DNA of 64,000 nt from Octopus sinensis (GCF_006345805.1 NC_042998.1:15686001-15750000); one strand, 5' to 3'. Numbered from the stretch's first letter, positions 12,652 through 25,575 are shown. The notes: generated by a model from the letters alone, not told the origin. Numbers and translations are program-made.

Positions 12652-13456
12652 TCGTATCCATAGCAACATTCGCACCCACAGTTTATCGAACTTCGATATG
12701 GGAAAGGTATGTGAAACTTTTGCTCAGTAAACTACTATTATTCCTGAAAGTTGTTTTTTAGCTCCTACACATTGCTCGAAACTGACTAACCTCCTACATG
12801 TTGATCGTTGGATCTTAGCTTTACACATGCACACACACATGCAAATACGCGGACACACACATATCAGTCATAGTATATATATCCGGAAACGAAGCACACG
12901 CTAGGGCGTTAGAGCAGTTATATAATCCGTAGATTGCCGGATAGAGACTGACAACTCGTTTCCTATCTATAAAGTACTTAAGTGTATAACCTTCTCAAAT
13001 TTAAATGGCCGAAGATACATAACCTCTCTACAATTGGAGGGACGAAAGCATCATGTTCTGTTAATTGTGTGAGCAGAAATAAATACACACACCACACACG
13101 AACGTACACACACACATATATAAAGCATATAGATCAACCAACATCTTGGGTAACGGTATTTCGCAAATCTTGCAGCAAATCTACTATTTTAGGCATGCGC
13201 GTATAGTTTGGATAGAGAATCGCTCGCCTTATAGTCACTCATCTTATAAATCAGAGGAAATTCCTGTCGCGGATATGCAATACTCCGTTTGCGGACTTGG
13301 ATATTGTTAGCAATTTTGAATGTAGTCGTATGTGACACATCTGGAACCGCATTTTCCAAGACTGGATCAGTGGGTTTTCGTACCCGGAATTTTTTGTTTA
13401 CAAAATTATCTGATCATGCCGTATTACACTCTCCTGTGATGAGATGTTACGTGTTT

Positions 13457-13535
13457 CCTGTCTTTTGAGTCTGTTGAATCGCCTATACATTTAAGCACTT
13501 TATAGGTGCGAAAACAATGGTCACTCTCTGACAGG
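13457..13535 (+). ncRNA. Type I hammerhead-like motif with extended stems, variant core CUGUUGA
   Basis: Stem I GAGU/ACUC plus CCUGUC/GACAGG, core 13471-13477, stem II CGCCUAUA/UAUAGGUG, GAAA 13510-13513, GUC 13520-13522. Stem III is imperfect. Confidence 0.6.
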
Positions 13536-13551
13536 CCATGACAACAGACCT

Positions 13552-13609
<58 letters not shown>

Positions 13610-13631
13610 CGTGTGTGTGTGTGTGTGTATT

Positions 13632-13667
<36 letters not shown>

Positions 13668-13675
13668 GGAGTAAA

Positions 13676-13884
13676 CACATAAATGTGAAACAAGGTGGTA
13701 AAAAGAGTACTCAACTACCAGTGGTAGAGTAATATGCTTTATTTTAAGCAGCAGAAAATTCAACAAAATCTGTTGCCGTTCATCAGACAGTTTTTGCTAG
13801 AATCTAGCAAAAACTGTCTGATGAACGGCAACGAGAAACTCAGAGTAACAGATTTTGTTGAATTTTCTGCTGCTTAAAATAAAG
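13676..13884. mobile_element. Inverted-dimer insertion of a hammerhead-bearing element between (TA)n tracts
   Basis: Arms 13737-13801 and 13803-13884 are perfect complements except for a 17-nt block (13833-13849) absent from the left arm. Confidence 0.8.
13805..13860 (+). ncRNA. Type I hammerhead ribozyme candidate, canonical core CUGAUGA
   Basis: Core 13818-13824, short stem II CG-GCAA-CG (A.A at its base), GAAA 13835-13838, stem III ACUCAGAGU, GUA 13845-13847. Stem I has 11 of 12 pairs. Confidence 0.7.
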
Positions 13885-13921
13885 TATATATATATATATC
13901 TATATATATATATATATATAT

Positions 13922-14067
<146 letters not shown>

Positions 14068-15009
14068 CATACATACGCACACACCACACACGAATGCACG
14101 CACAGACACACACACACACAGATATATATAGCATATAGATCAACTGACATCTTGGGTAACAGTATTTCTCAAATCTTCTAGCAAATTTATTTTAGGCCTG
14201 CGACTATAGTTTGGATAGATAATCACTTGCTTCATAGTCACTCATATTATAAAGTGCTGAAAATCCATGTACTTCATAATACCGGATATCTTCCATTTGC
14301 TTTCGGAAAATCATTATCTACATGTTTCCCAAATGTTCCTGCTATTAGTGGAACAAGCAATTTTATACTGAGCGGCTGGCAAAGGATTCCGGTTCTATAT
14401 TTATATATAACACTATATAATTAATAAACTTATCACACAGCTGTTTGATATATACTACAGTTTATGTAATAAGGAAATATGGAATATATGAAATCTAACC
14501 AGGTTTTAACGACTTATACTACAAATTATCTATAAATTCATCATATATTGGATCCCACAGAGAAAAACAACAAACTAATATTGATATTGACTATTCTATT
14601 ACGTCATACTAAATATCGTTTTACTAAATATTTTAAATGTCAGTATATTTAATAAAATCAAACGTTGCTTGCTGGATGTTATTTATTGCAAATTTTAATA
14701 TAATTATAGTTTAATTACATGACTTGTACAATACTTCGGGAAACGTGAGTAGGTTGTGCTGATGAAGCGACAATGGAAATGGCAATCAATTTTTGATATT
14801 AAATATTTCTGAATATTTTAACTTTCATAAAAAATGAAATCAATCCAATCTACATCTATTATCTTTTATTTTTTTTTCGTCTGTTTCTCTCTTTATCTCT
14901 TCATTATATAAGTATATGCGTAAAATATGTCTGCTCGTTCTCTGCCACTGAGAACATTATATGCTCCTACACCTATGAATTCGCTGGTGTCCTATGAGCT
15001 CAGCCCTAA

Positions 15010-15355
15010 AGGAACGTATACATTTGTAGACATTGCGTACCAAGCGTAACCCTTTTCACTACGCTGGCACTGCGTTTTCGAGCGGTACTTTTTTCATTCT
15101 GCTTGAAAAATGCTTTGCTTTTTGAAAATACCCACTTTTCCATTTCTTGCTTTGTTTCCTCTATTAGTGGCGAGGAAAAACATTGCTTTCCCACTGTCTC
15201 ATATTCACATACCTTGAACGAGGACATTACACAATCCTTAAACCATAATCATGTTTTCTGCAGGGTGGCCCTTCCAAGAGGAATTTTGCCATACATTATC
15301 TGCTTCGGGATGATCTTCTGACCATCTATGCGATTAAGATGTCCAGCGTAACCAG
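15010..15355 (-). pseudogene. RTE/BovB-like LINE C-terminal fragment
   Basis: Minus-strand AGHLNRIDGQKIIPKQIMYGKIPLGR...*LWFKDCVMSSFK matches the RTE motif GHxxRM..RIPKQ.LYGEL..GKR...RFKD. Confidence 0.7.
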
Positions 15356-15404
15356 GGCTCGCGAACTATCGTATGTATATACATACATGCTTCATGTTTC
15401 ATAC

Positions 15405-15643
15405 CTAGCTACCTACCTACCTTCTACCTACCTATCTACCTACCTACCTACCTACCTACCTACCTACCTACCTACCTACCTACCTACCTACCTACCTATC
15501 TACCTACCTATCTAACTACCTACCTACCTACCTACCTGCCTACCTACCTACCTACCTACATACCTGCCTTCTACCTACCTACCTACCTACCTACCTACCT
15601 ACCTACCTACCTACCTACCTACCTACATACATACATACATACA

Positions 15644-15672
<29 letters not shown>
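15405..15672. repeat. (CTAC)n array grading into (CATA)n
   Basis: Directly visible tetranucleotide arrays. Confidence 0.95.
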
Positions 15673-15677
<5 letters not shown>

Positions 15678-17064
15678 GATACATAGTTACATACATACGC
15701 ATTCATATATACATATTGAGTTAGCAAGATAGCGAGATTGCTATGTACCATGACGAGGAAAGTAATTTTTATTAGGTTACTAAGGTCGGACAATGTTCAA
15801 AATCAGGAGATCAATACTATATTAAAATACAATAGTAATTGCAATGAACGATTGCACTTAAATATCAGGTATATTGTCTATTGCTAATTTATATAGTATT
15901 TAGTTAACATCGAGAAATAGTAGGTATCGAAATATGTTTGTACATTCATTTTAAGTATGTCTCCTCACTAGATATCACTCCCAAGAAAATTTTCTCTTAC
16001 CTTTCTCAGGAAGAAGTAATGCGAAACCACGGATCCGTGATAAATGCATCAGAAATGAAAAGGGGAATATATACGGGAAGTGTCGAAATTGAGTGGGGAA
16101 ATGAAGCGGAGAGTTACTGAATATTACGATTAATTACAATAGAGCAGCATATCAGCCAGAGAATTTTATTAATTTTTGGGTCACCTAGAAACCGCACTTT
16201 GCTTACGTCTCAACTAACATTGCACTCCTTGGACTAGTCAAAGCTTCTGGGGTGTGCAAAATTAAAAAAGACATATCAAACATGGAAGCCGAACAAACCG
16301 TATATATTAGATGTCTGAACTGTAACCCAAACCAAGAAAAGGTAAGCTTGTTCTATATACGAACCAGTACAGATTCTTCCATCCGTCATGAATAAATGAC
16401 CTTCCTTAAAAATAATTTATATATCCAGTGGAGGACGATTTTAGCTGCCTTACAAAAGTGCTACTTATACGCAATATATACCCTGGGCCTCACTTGATTC
16501 ATAAACATTTGTATATTATTCGATCGTCTTCACCTTCAACAGACAACTATGGATACCACATCTACTTTCACAAGGATTCAACGCTATCCAGAAAATCAGA
16601 TTATTATTTAACAAGCTATGGGCAAAACGAAATCCTATGGCAAGAGGCATTCTTCGAAATCAACAAACCATGAAATAAGTTTAGTGAATATAACATTATA
16701 TCAACACATTTAGAAAGACACTTTATTCTCTTTAATTTAAAAGAAATCTATGCTGGATTTTGCATATTCGTGTTTTTCCTTCTCCAATCTTCTTTCTGTG
16801 ATTAAAGCTTCTGTATTAAACGGCTTACTGAGTTTAGTTCTAGAAAATCCTAAAAGAAGCACTGGAAATAGATATACGCTTTTATCGTTTCCTTGAAATT
16901 TCCAAGAATCTAAGTATATTTTAAGCAGGTAAAAACATTATTCATCCAATACTGAACTGTTATCTCAAATTTCTTACTGTTTGGCTTCGTTGTCACAATT
17001 TCCATTTAACAATCTTATGAATTCATTTAGCTTGAGTTTCGTTTTTACCTACGCATATACATAC

Positions 17065-17116
<52 letters not shown>

Positions 17117-17122
17117 ATATAT

Positions 17123-17170
<48 letters not shown>

Positions 17171-17209
17171 ATATACATACATATATACATACATATATAT
17201 ATATATGTT

Positions 17210-17242
<33 letters not shown>

Positions 17243-17391
17243 TTATGTATATATATACATATGTACATGCATATATATATATACATACATATAAATATAT
17301 ATATACATCAATCAATCATATACATATGTACATGCATATATATATATATATATACATATAAATATATATATATACATACATATATACATAC

Positions 17392-17436
<45 letters not shown>

Positions 17437-18060
17437 CATGTCAAATCTATCTTTGTGCGATGCAACATATTCTGAAATTTGCTTCCAAGGCGAATCAGTT
17501 ATTTGTTTTTACTTACGCGTGAAAAACATTCAAGTGTACAATGAAGGACATCATGCTTACTGAAATATATATTTTATTTCTGATAATCCTTGAATATGAT
17601 GCGTCTATATATTTCGCATTTTCTCTCCATTCTATTGCATGTTCTTCAAATTTTCGTTCACTATATACTATCACAATAGACGTCAAAACATACACATAAC
17701 CGAACCTATATATTGATATATCGTATCCTGTCATAATATAAAATTGCATTTCTTATGACAAACGTACCTCTAGTACATATGGGAATCATATTATATCTCT
17801 ATACCACCTAATCACGCGAACGGTTGAGGAGTTTCAGAGAATGCTAATTTATGCTTACTCCTTCACATGATATTCTTGTATTCAATAAACTAAGATATAC
17901 TCATGGATTTCTTTTTACCTTTAATTACACTTATTACCTGCAACGTATATCCGACTCATTACACGATTTTGTTTGAGAAATAACATAATAATTATCTTTC
18001 GATCATAATCGAGGATTCATTGAATACTGTAACTCATATAAATGGCACATCGGTTTGATG

Positions 18061-18124
<64 letters not shown>

Positions 18125-18251
18125 GGATACAGATCGTGTATCAATAGCTATCTTGATGGCGGTGGCCTCATGGAGGTGACCATGGCAGCGATTATTCTTA
18201 TATCTATAAGAATGCCATATTAATATGGCGATAACAATTAATTTATATATA

Positions 18252-18290
<39 letters not shown>

Positions 18291-18291
<1 letters not shown>

Positions 18292-18463
18292 TTTTATTAT
18301 TGTATTTGTTTCAGTCATTTGATTGTGGCCTTGCTGGAGCACCGCCTTAAGTCGAACAAATCGACCCCAGGACTTTGTTATGAATTCATTTAGCTTGTTA
18401 CTTTTTGCTGAAGCGCTAACTTAAGGGGACGTAAACACACTAACATCGTTTGTAGTATATATA

Positions 18464-18508
<45 letters not shown>

Positions 18509-18660
18509 AATACACACACATGACTGGATTCTTTCAGTTTCCGTCTAGCAAATTCACTCACAGGGATTTGGTCGGCCCGAGGCTATAGTGGAAGATACCT
18601 GCGCAATGTTCCACACAGTGGGACTGAAACCGCTACTTACCACACAGCCACACCTGCGCT
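18291..18660 (-). mobile_element. SINE family A, diverged, internally deleted
   Basis: Reverse-complement match to 11318-11772 from tttcagtcatttga to cacacagccacacctgcgc. Confidence 0.85.
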
Positions 18661-20049
18661 TGCATATATATATGCACATAAATGTGCGTGTGCGCGATTT
18701 TGTGGATTGTGTGTGTGGGTGTGTGGATGTACGGGTGTCTGGGTGGGTGATTATGTGCATTGAAAAAAGAAAATGAATGGTTTATTTGCTATAAGCTTAA
18801 AAACTGAAGCCCTGTTGACATGCGGCTTAAAGATAGTACGACGTGTTATCTACAATACAAAAACCCAACATGAAAAATATCCTTTACTTAACTGCAAACA
18901 AATTAAATTTTGTTAAATTCAACTTTTATTTTTGTTTTTGTACTCAGACGTTACTTATCATCATGTATCGTCTCTGTTTTTATCGCAAATAATAATTTAT
19001 GGGTGAAGTGAAAGTATAGCTGTAATGTAAACTGCAACATAAAAAAAATCTTGCGTGGTAAAGTTTTGTGTTTTATTTTTACTTAAACAATTAAAACATC
19101 ACATTATTTCAGCATACTCTTACTGCACATTTTATTACAGCTGGTACGGAAAATCCCTAGTAGGCACAAAAGATAGAATTAACTAGCTCCTATGGAGAGA
19201 GAAAAAGTATACAAGAATTAGTTCTTGTTAAAAACTATTCAATCCTGTGTTACTAAAAATAAGAACCAACTCAACGCACGGCCATTAAGAATTGATTAAA
19301 ATATAGTGAGAAAATAGACGATGTGAGAATGAACATTAAAGCGAAGACGAAAACACTTATATCAACATAATGATATAAAATGTATCACCAAGTGAAAGAT
19401 AAAATTCACTTTGTCTCTGGGAGCTTGGAGATAACCAATACACAGCACCTTTGTTGCATAAAAATGACTAATCAATATGCAAATACCTTCTCAAGAATGA
19501 GAATCCGGGAACATTGCGGAATAAATGTAAAACCGTTTCAGAAAATTAGTCTAAGCTAAACAGTGAGAAAGTAATTAAGATGTAAGCTTAGCTAAGGGAA
19601 TATGTTATTTGGTTAGATTTAAGTAAATGATGGTAGACCCAGACATTTGATGAATATGTAGAATATAAAGTAGACTTGTATACTCCAGTGAAAAGTGAGA
19701 TGTGGTGTTCGTAACAGCTATTAAAAGTGATTGCTTTCATCCTTGTAGTTGGAAAGAATATAATAGGAATGAGTGATGAGGAAATCTTGAAACTTGATAA
19801 AGTTTTAAATAAAACCGTATGTTGTATTATCATATATCAAAGGGAGCCAAATAACAAAGAATTGTAAACCTAGACTATATTTAATTTGGGACTATGCTTG
19901 TGAATGTAATGAGCTTAAATGTGTCTATTCATGGTTTGAAAAATGAACCAGGCCACAACAATACAGGAACCAATATATATTTTTATATAATGTCAATTAA
20001 TTTAATAAACCTCTGAACGAGGTATAGTCAGTGAAGTAACTGCACAACA

Positions 20050-20340
20050 ATGTCAAGTATATTTGCCATCTAAATATGGCTAACCATTAAGGGTGGATGC
20101 TACTGTAGCTCGTAGCCCCAGGAGAACATCTTCTCCAGCTGGCTATTGACACACTTTCTGTGCCCTATCGGTATTCGCAAAGGGAGGTCATCCTTCCCTC
20201 GTCAGCCTAAGTGATAAGCACGGACTGCAGTTTCTGTGTATTGACCCGTCATCAGCGCACGATAATCACCGGTTTTCGATGGAAGGGTCCCAATGCAAAT
20301 ACATATATCCTTTTTCCAGTGACTTTTCGTCACTGATCTT
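20050..20340 (-). mobile_element. Hammerhead-bearing family H element
   Basis: The 3' part matches both arms of 51735-51981. The body is homologous to family G (23190-23442). Followed on the + strand by a (TTAA)n tract. Confidence 0.75.
20212..20269 (-). ncRNA. Type I hammerhead ribozyme candidate, core CUGAUGA
   Basis: Minus strand reads GUGCG-CUGAUGA-CGGGUCAAUACACA-GAA-ACUGCAGU-C-CGUGC. Palindromic stem III, GUC site, stem I extended by GUGAU/AUCAC. Stem II is decayed. Confidence 0.7.
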
Positions 20341-21669
20341 GAAATTAATTAATTAATTAATTAATTAATTAATTAATTAATTAATCAAGTAAATTATTTC
20401 AAATTTATTAATCAATTAATTTATTAATCAATTAATTTATTTCAAATCTAAAGTCAGTGACTTAGTTGATGAATTGGAATATGTTTTGTTGGTGGTCGTA
20501 GGTTTTTCCAAGGTCAAATATTGGCGCATGTAATATTCGATACTGTTAACATTGTCCCAAAACCAACCTGCGGCTTTAGTTAAAAATTATCTCTTCGCTT
20601 TACGGCTTACATGTTGTACTGTGATAGTAAGATGATCCGAATCAGCTCACAGGTTAGCTTAACGGTCTAAGCATTTTAGATGCACGTAGCTATGGTTTCC
20701 GGAATTACTCAATATCCTAGCGAAAAATGGGTTCCGCATGGATGAATTTCTCCTGAAACATTTAACAAAAGGATGAAACGTTTCACAATGATCCTAAGAC
20801 CGATTAGGGGGCATGGGATGTATTGAATTATATTTATGTTGCAACGAAGCTTAAATTTATGGACATCATAGAGTTGTTTCACTTGTAACGTATTTCCGGT
20901 GACAAGGCACATATTTAAAATGGTTTAAGACACATCCTCTATTTATGCAGCAGTGAAACGTGTTTACTAACATCATAAGCATACATAGCATGTAACGCAT
21001 ATCCGGTGATAAGCTGCAATCACATACATAAAAGACATTAAGAGACAACCTATATTCTTGCTGCAGCCAACCATATATTTAGTGATATAATAAGCATTAC
21101 GTTGTTTGTAACGCAGTTCTGGTCAGCTTGACAGCTGGTTAATTCTCTTCATTATTAATCGTCATGATTTCCAACTAAACTTTTAGGAATCAAAAGGTGC
21201 AATCATTTCTGGTCAGTTGGACATATTGGTCAGTGCTTCCCTGATATATATTAATCAGCCTAGAACTTAATCCAAAGTATAGAAATCAAAATGTTTCAAT
21301 GCAGCCGAATTCCTATTCTATTAAGGCAGTGTTAAGCCAATTTGACATCTATTGATATCTGTATATTTCCACATCCACAGAACAAAATTCAATTTACTTG
21401 AAATTCCAACATGCAAGATATGCCAGAATTACAAAGGATAATAAAATAATGTCCTTCATTCTAAGCATGCAGAACAATACCATAAATATTCCTTCGATCT
21501 GTTGGTATTCAGCAATTACTTGCACTTTTTGTTTCACTTTCACTTCGCCTTTTCTGTATTACTTCATTCGTGTTATATACCTTTTTTATATTTCTAACTA
21601 TTATTTTAATTAGAAATATTGAATTTCTAAATGTCTCAAAGAGACATAAGCAGTGGTGGAGCGATAGAG

Positions 21670-21927
21670 TGGTTGTATACTGTCAACTTAATATGACAGT
21701 CCTGTAAGGGAATTACACTACCGCTGTTTAGCCCTAGGAAGCATCGACACTTTCTGTCGGCCTTGACACATTTCCTGTGTCCTTATATTTGAGAAGGGGA
21801 CGCAAGCACCCCCACCAGCTAGGAAATGTGTCAAGGCCGACAGGAAGCGTCGATGCTTCCTAGGGCTAAACAGCGGTGTTGTAATTCCCTTACGGGACTG
21901 TCACGTTATGTTGACTTTATACAACCA
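21670..21927. mobile_element. Tail-out inverted dimer of family G 3' portion
   Basis: Arms of about 107 bp (21670-21776, 21821-21927), both homologous to 23337-23442. The 44-bp spacer is continued family G sequence. Confidence 0.85.
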
Positions 21928-23189
21928 AACTATTACTTTGTTTTCAACTTACTTACAGATAATTAAAAAAAATATTATAAATTCTGTACGATATTCTTCG
22001 AATCTTGCAGCAACACTATCATTTAATATAATGAATTACATATTTTATCAATTTAATGCTTCACATTCATTTTTAAAAAAAATTTGTTATATTCTTCCTT
22101 TATCACCTTCATTATTAAACTCACCCAACATCGTTCACAAGTTCACATTTCAAGTTCTTGTTTAAAGTTTAGTTCCCAACCTAGTACTTTCTTTCGATCA
22201 TCGGGCATTATACTGTTTTCATATACAAACATACCTAACCATACGTTTTTAATTGATAGAAGGAGACACAACTTAATGCGAATTAACTTGTCTCTAGGCT
22301 AGGCTAGGACGAATTTACGTATCTGTAAGCTAAAGTGATAATAACCATTTCCAGTTCTGTACTATATTTATGAATGCATTTTCAATAATGCATGGTAAAT
22401 AAAACATATTTTAATACAGTCCAGTGAAAATAAAAGTAATCTAAATCTACGAATAGAGTTTAGTGGTGTTAATTGTACATCGCGCACACTTTATGAATGC
22501 GGTTTGAAATAAGACATGGTAAAATAAATGCCTTTTTTAAGCTTAAAGAAATCAGTAATTGTTATTATTTTGCAATAGTAAAAAAAATATTATTTTAGAT
22601 TTACCAATATGTATATACAATTTAGCGGTTTACATCGCAGATGTAGATGGCTGTGGATCGTCAACTTCAACAGCTTTTCTCTTGTAGAAATAAAAAAGAA
22701 AATCCGTGAAATCCTCCTCCTCCTAATCCATTTCCAGTTCTTTGTTCCTAGTCACCAACGTTTTGTTAATGGCAATATTAAAATCAGTTCATCTTCCAGC
22801 GTTATAGCATGACGCAAAGCACTTTCACTATGAAGTTTCTTCGGAGCGATGGGAGCAAAAAATAAAGTCACAAATAAATGGGAATGAGAAAGTAGACAAT
22901 AAAGAGGCGTAGACAAATCTGAATTTAAAACAATCGCGGGAATCACGAGTGACAACGACGCCTTACGGTAGATATTGGAACTACAGTGCAATATGAGCTC
23001 CGAACGACCGATAAATATGACATCACAGCTGATTTCATGATTTCATTCACTAAGCTACATTACTTTATGGTGTGTATCTTAACATTTACTGTAAGTAATT
23101 TTAATATGATTTTATATGCTTTTATTATTATTTATTGTACAGTAACATTATGTTAAGTGCTTTTAACGATTTATAAGTGACTTTTTGAT

Positions 23190-23442
23190 TTTTGTGTCCT
23201 TTGGCAGGTATCTCAACCAGCAGGACTTACTACCCTGGACTGATGACGGGCAAGACCCAGAAACATGCATGTCTTCAGGTTGCTAGTCCTAGCTGGTGGG
23301 GATGCTTGCCTCCCCTTCGCAAATATAGGGACACAGGAAATGTGTCAAAGCCGACAGGAAGTGTCGATGCTTCCTAGGGCTATATAGCGGTGATGTAATT
23401 CCCTTTATGGGACTGTCATTTTATGTTGACAGTATACAACCA
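23190..23442 (+). mobile_element. Hammerhead-bearing family G element
   Basis: Ribozyme near the 5' end, terminal hairpin CTGTCA/TGACAG followed by TATACAACCA, then (CT)n(TA)n. Confidence 0.8.
23234..23279 (+). ncRNA. Type I hammerhead ribozyme candidate (best example), core CUGAUGA
   Basis: CCUGGA-CUGAUGA-C-GGG-CAAGA-CCC-A-GAA-ACAUGCAUGU-C-UUCAGG. 6-bp stem I, perfect 10-nt palindromic stem III, predicted cut after C23273. Confidence 0.8.
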
Positions 23443-23480
<38 letters not shown>

Positions 23481-23989
23481 GTATTCACTCATTTAATGTG
23501 TTTCCCCATGCACGTCCGTCCGTCTTGGGCAGTAATATCTTGTCGTTGTGCACTGTATGATAAATTGTTGCGCTAAAATAAAACAATGCTGAACAGCTAA
23601 GACGTGTATCAACCTCTTTACTTCAAAATTTCTGGAATGCTTTTAATTCCTCTCACTTATAACATTTTGCAGCTACAGGAATACAGTGTGATTACACCTC
23701 TATAATTTTTCAAAAGTAATTATGACATCAAGCTAATGGTAATTTGGAAAATTGGTGGAATCGTTAGAGACCCAAAATATGCGTGAACTGGTTTCTTCTG
23801 AATCTATACGTATTGACTTCAAATTTTGCCGCGTGAGGATTATATAAATGCATATTGATCGTATGCATTTATATAATCCTCACGCGCCAGATTCGTGTAA
23901 CGAACCTACGAAAATAAGTTGTATGGAGCCGATTCACACGGTTATTAAATACTAATTTGGGGAGCCCAAATGGTGGAAGAAAATGTAGA

Positions 23990-24775
23990 GAAATGGCAGG
24001 TGAGTCAGTTGTTGTTTGCTGATGATACAGCACGGGCGGCGGATTCGGAAGTGCAATTGAGGAGACTGGTGGTAGAGTATGGAAGAGAGTGTGAGAGGAG
24101 GAAACTGAAAGTGGATGTAGCTAAGAGCAAGGTGGTGAGATGTTAGAGAGATAGAATGACTGGTAGGATAGATGTGAATATAAATGGTGATTGTTTTTAA
24201 GTATCTGGGATCACATGCGACGCAATGTGCGGGTGGTGACTGAGGAAGTGGGATATACAATGAGGGAGGGGCCTAAAATACTTGGAGTTGTGAAAGGTAT
24301 TCTGAGAGATAAAAGGTTGAGTGTGAAAGCGAACAGATCTGTGTACGAGAGAGTGATTGTGCTGACAATGTTATATGGTACAGAGACGTGGAGCTGAGAT
24401 AGGCGGAAAAGAGGCGATGAGATGTTTGAGATGAGATGTTTGAGGGATATGATTGGTGTGACACAGATGGACAGGATGAGGAATGAGGCGGGGGGGGGGC
24501 GAAAGGGAGCAGGAACAAGTGAAAAACTAACAACCAAACTGGATAGACGAATGTTGAGGTGGTTTGGCCATCTGGAGAGAATGGAAGAGGAGTGAATGGT
24601 AAAGAGTGCGATGACGGCAGAAATGATAGACAGCAGAATCAGAAGCAGTCTTCGGTTTGTGTTGATGGATAGAGTGAGGAAAGCTTTGGTGGTTAGAGGT
24701 ATTAGAGTGAGAGAGGCAAGGGAGTTTATAAATGATAGGAAAGCTTGGAGAGTATTTGTGACAGATGAGTGAATT
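23990..24775 (+). pseudogene. RTE-clade LINE reverse transcriptase 3' fragment
   Basis: WQVSQLLFADDTA..DSEVQLRRLV.EYGRECERRKLKVDVAKSKV, FKYLGS, MLYGTETW, RWFGHLERM. Frameshifts and stops present. Confidence 0.9.
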
Positions 24776-24991
24776 TGATGTTGCTCAAATGGGTATGGAA
24801 CCAGCATGATGCGGCAGGATTAAAACCAGTAAATGCTGTGGGTCCTGTTGTTGATAGTGAGGGTTGCGTTCTATGCCTTGACCCGAACATAGAACGGTGC
24901 TCACCTTTTTCATCTGGGAAATGAATGGAATGCCTGGTGTGTGTTATGTGGCTATCTCGAAACAAAAAAAAAACATGGGGAATTGGTCTGA

Positions 24992-25041
<50 letters not shown>

Positions 25042-25185
25042 AGGTATTTTTATGTAATTTTGGCAAATATAAGAGGTTTAATCAATTGCAATACGGACTG
25101 TTGTTATAGTAACTAAGCTAAAGCACGTAGAGTTTACAGAAGTGCTTCGAAGGAAGGAGTGTAGCGTGTGATCGTCGCATTGACC

Positions 25186-25575
25186 ATGACAGAAAAAGTT
25201 GTTATGGCGATACCTTCACAGAGGTTACGCAAGTTTCAGAAAGTACATGGATAAGAGTGAATGATCCGCGCAAAAAGTGTACGCGTGGTTCAGGCGTTTC
25301 GAAGATGGCTGTAAAAGATGTGGATATTGACGACCGTTCTGCGAGACTCGCAAGCAGCTGAACTGAGAAAAGCATCGCAGATGTGCGTGCAACTGTGTGG
25401 AGAAATCGTCGAATCACCATCCGTGTGTTATTATAAGTGCCTGATTAGTTACCGTACAGTTTAGACTATTAACACTTAGGATTCGGGTATGAAACGCCTG
25501 TCTGCCAAGTTTGTGCCAAAACCGCTTTCAGCTAACCAAAGAATTATTCGGGTTTCAATTGCACAAGATCTTTAT
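25186..25575 (+). pseudogene. Mariner transposase relic
   Basis: Frameshifted motifs VYAWFRRFEDG, RRITIR and GMKRLSAKFVPKPLSANQR (WVPxxL-equivalent). Confidence 0.75.

Noticed and set aside
14759-14790. CTGATGA...GAAATGGCAATC
   Set aside because: Stems I and II do not pair, so it is likely chance.
16230-16700. Possible Penelope-type RT/thumb remnant (would be the autonomous partner)
   Set aside because: Only vague resemblance across several frames, with no clear YxDD or GIY-YIG. Needs an HMM search.
17560-17680. Minus-strand EWRENAKYID, similar to the pre-M4 motif of Cys-loop receptors
   Set aside because: No hydrophobic M4 follows and no other receptor exons could be found on that strand.
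22600-22900. Minus-strand acidic peptide ending PQPSTS, pogo/Tigger-like
   Set aside because: Too degenerate, with no DDE motif or TIRs identified.
24019-24025. CTGATGA
   Set aside because: It is part of the FADD codons of the RTE reverse transcriptase.
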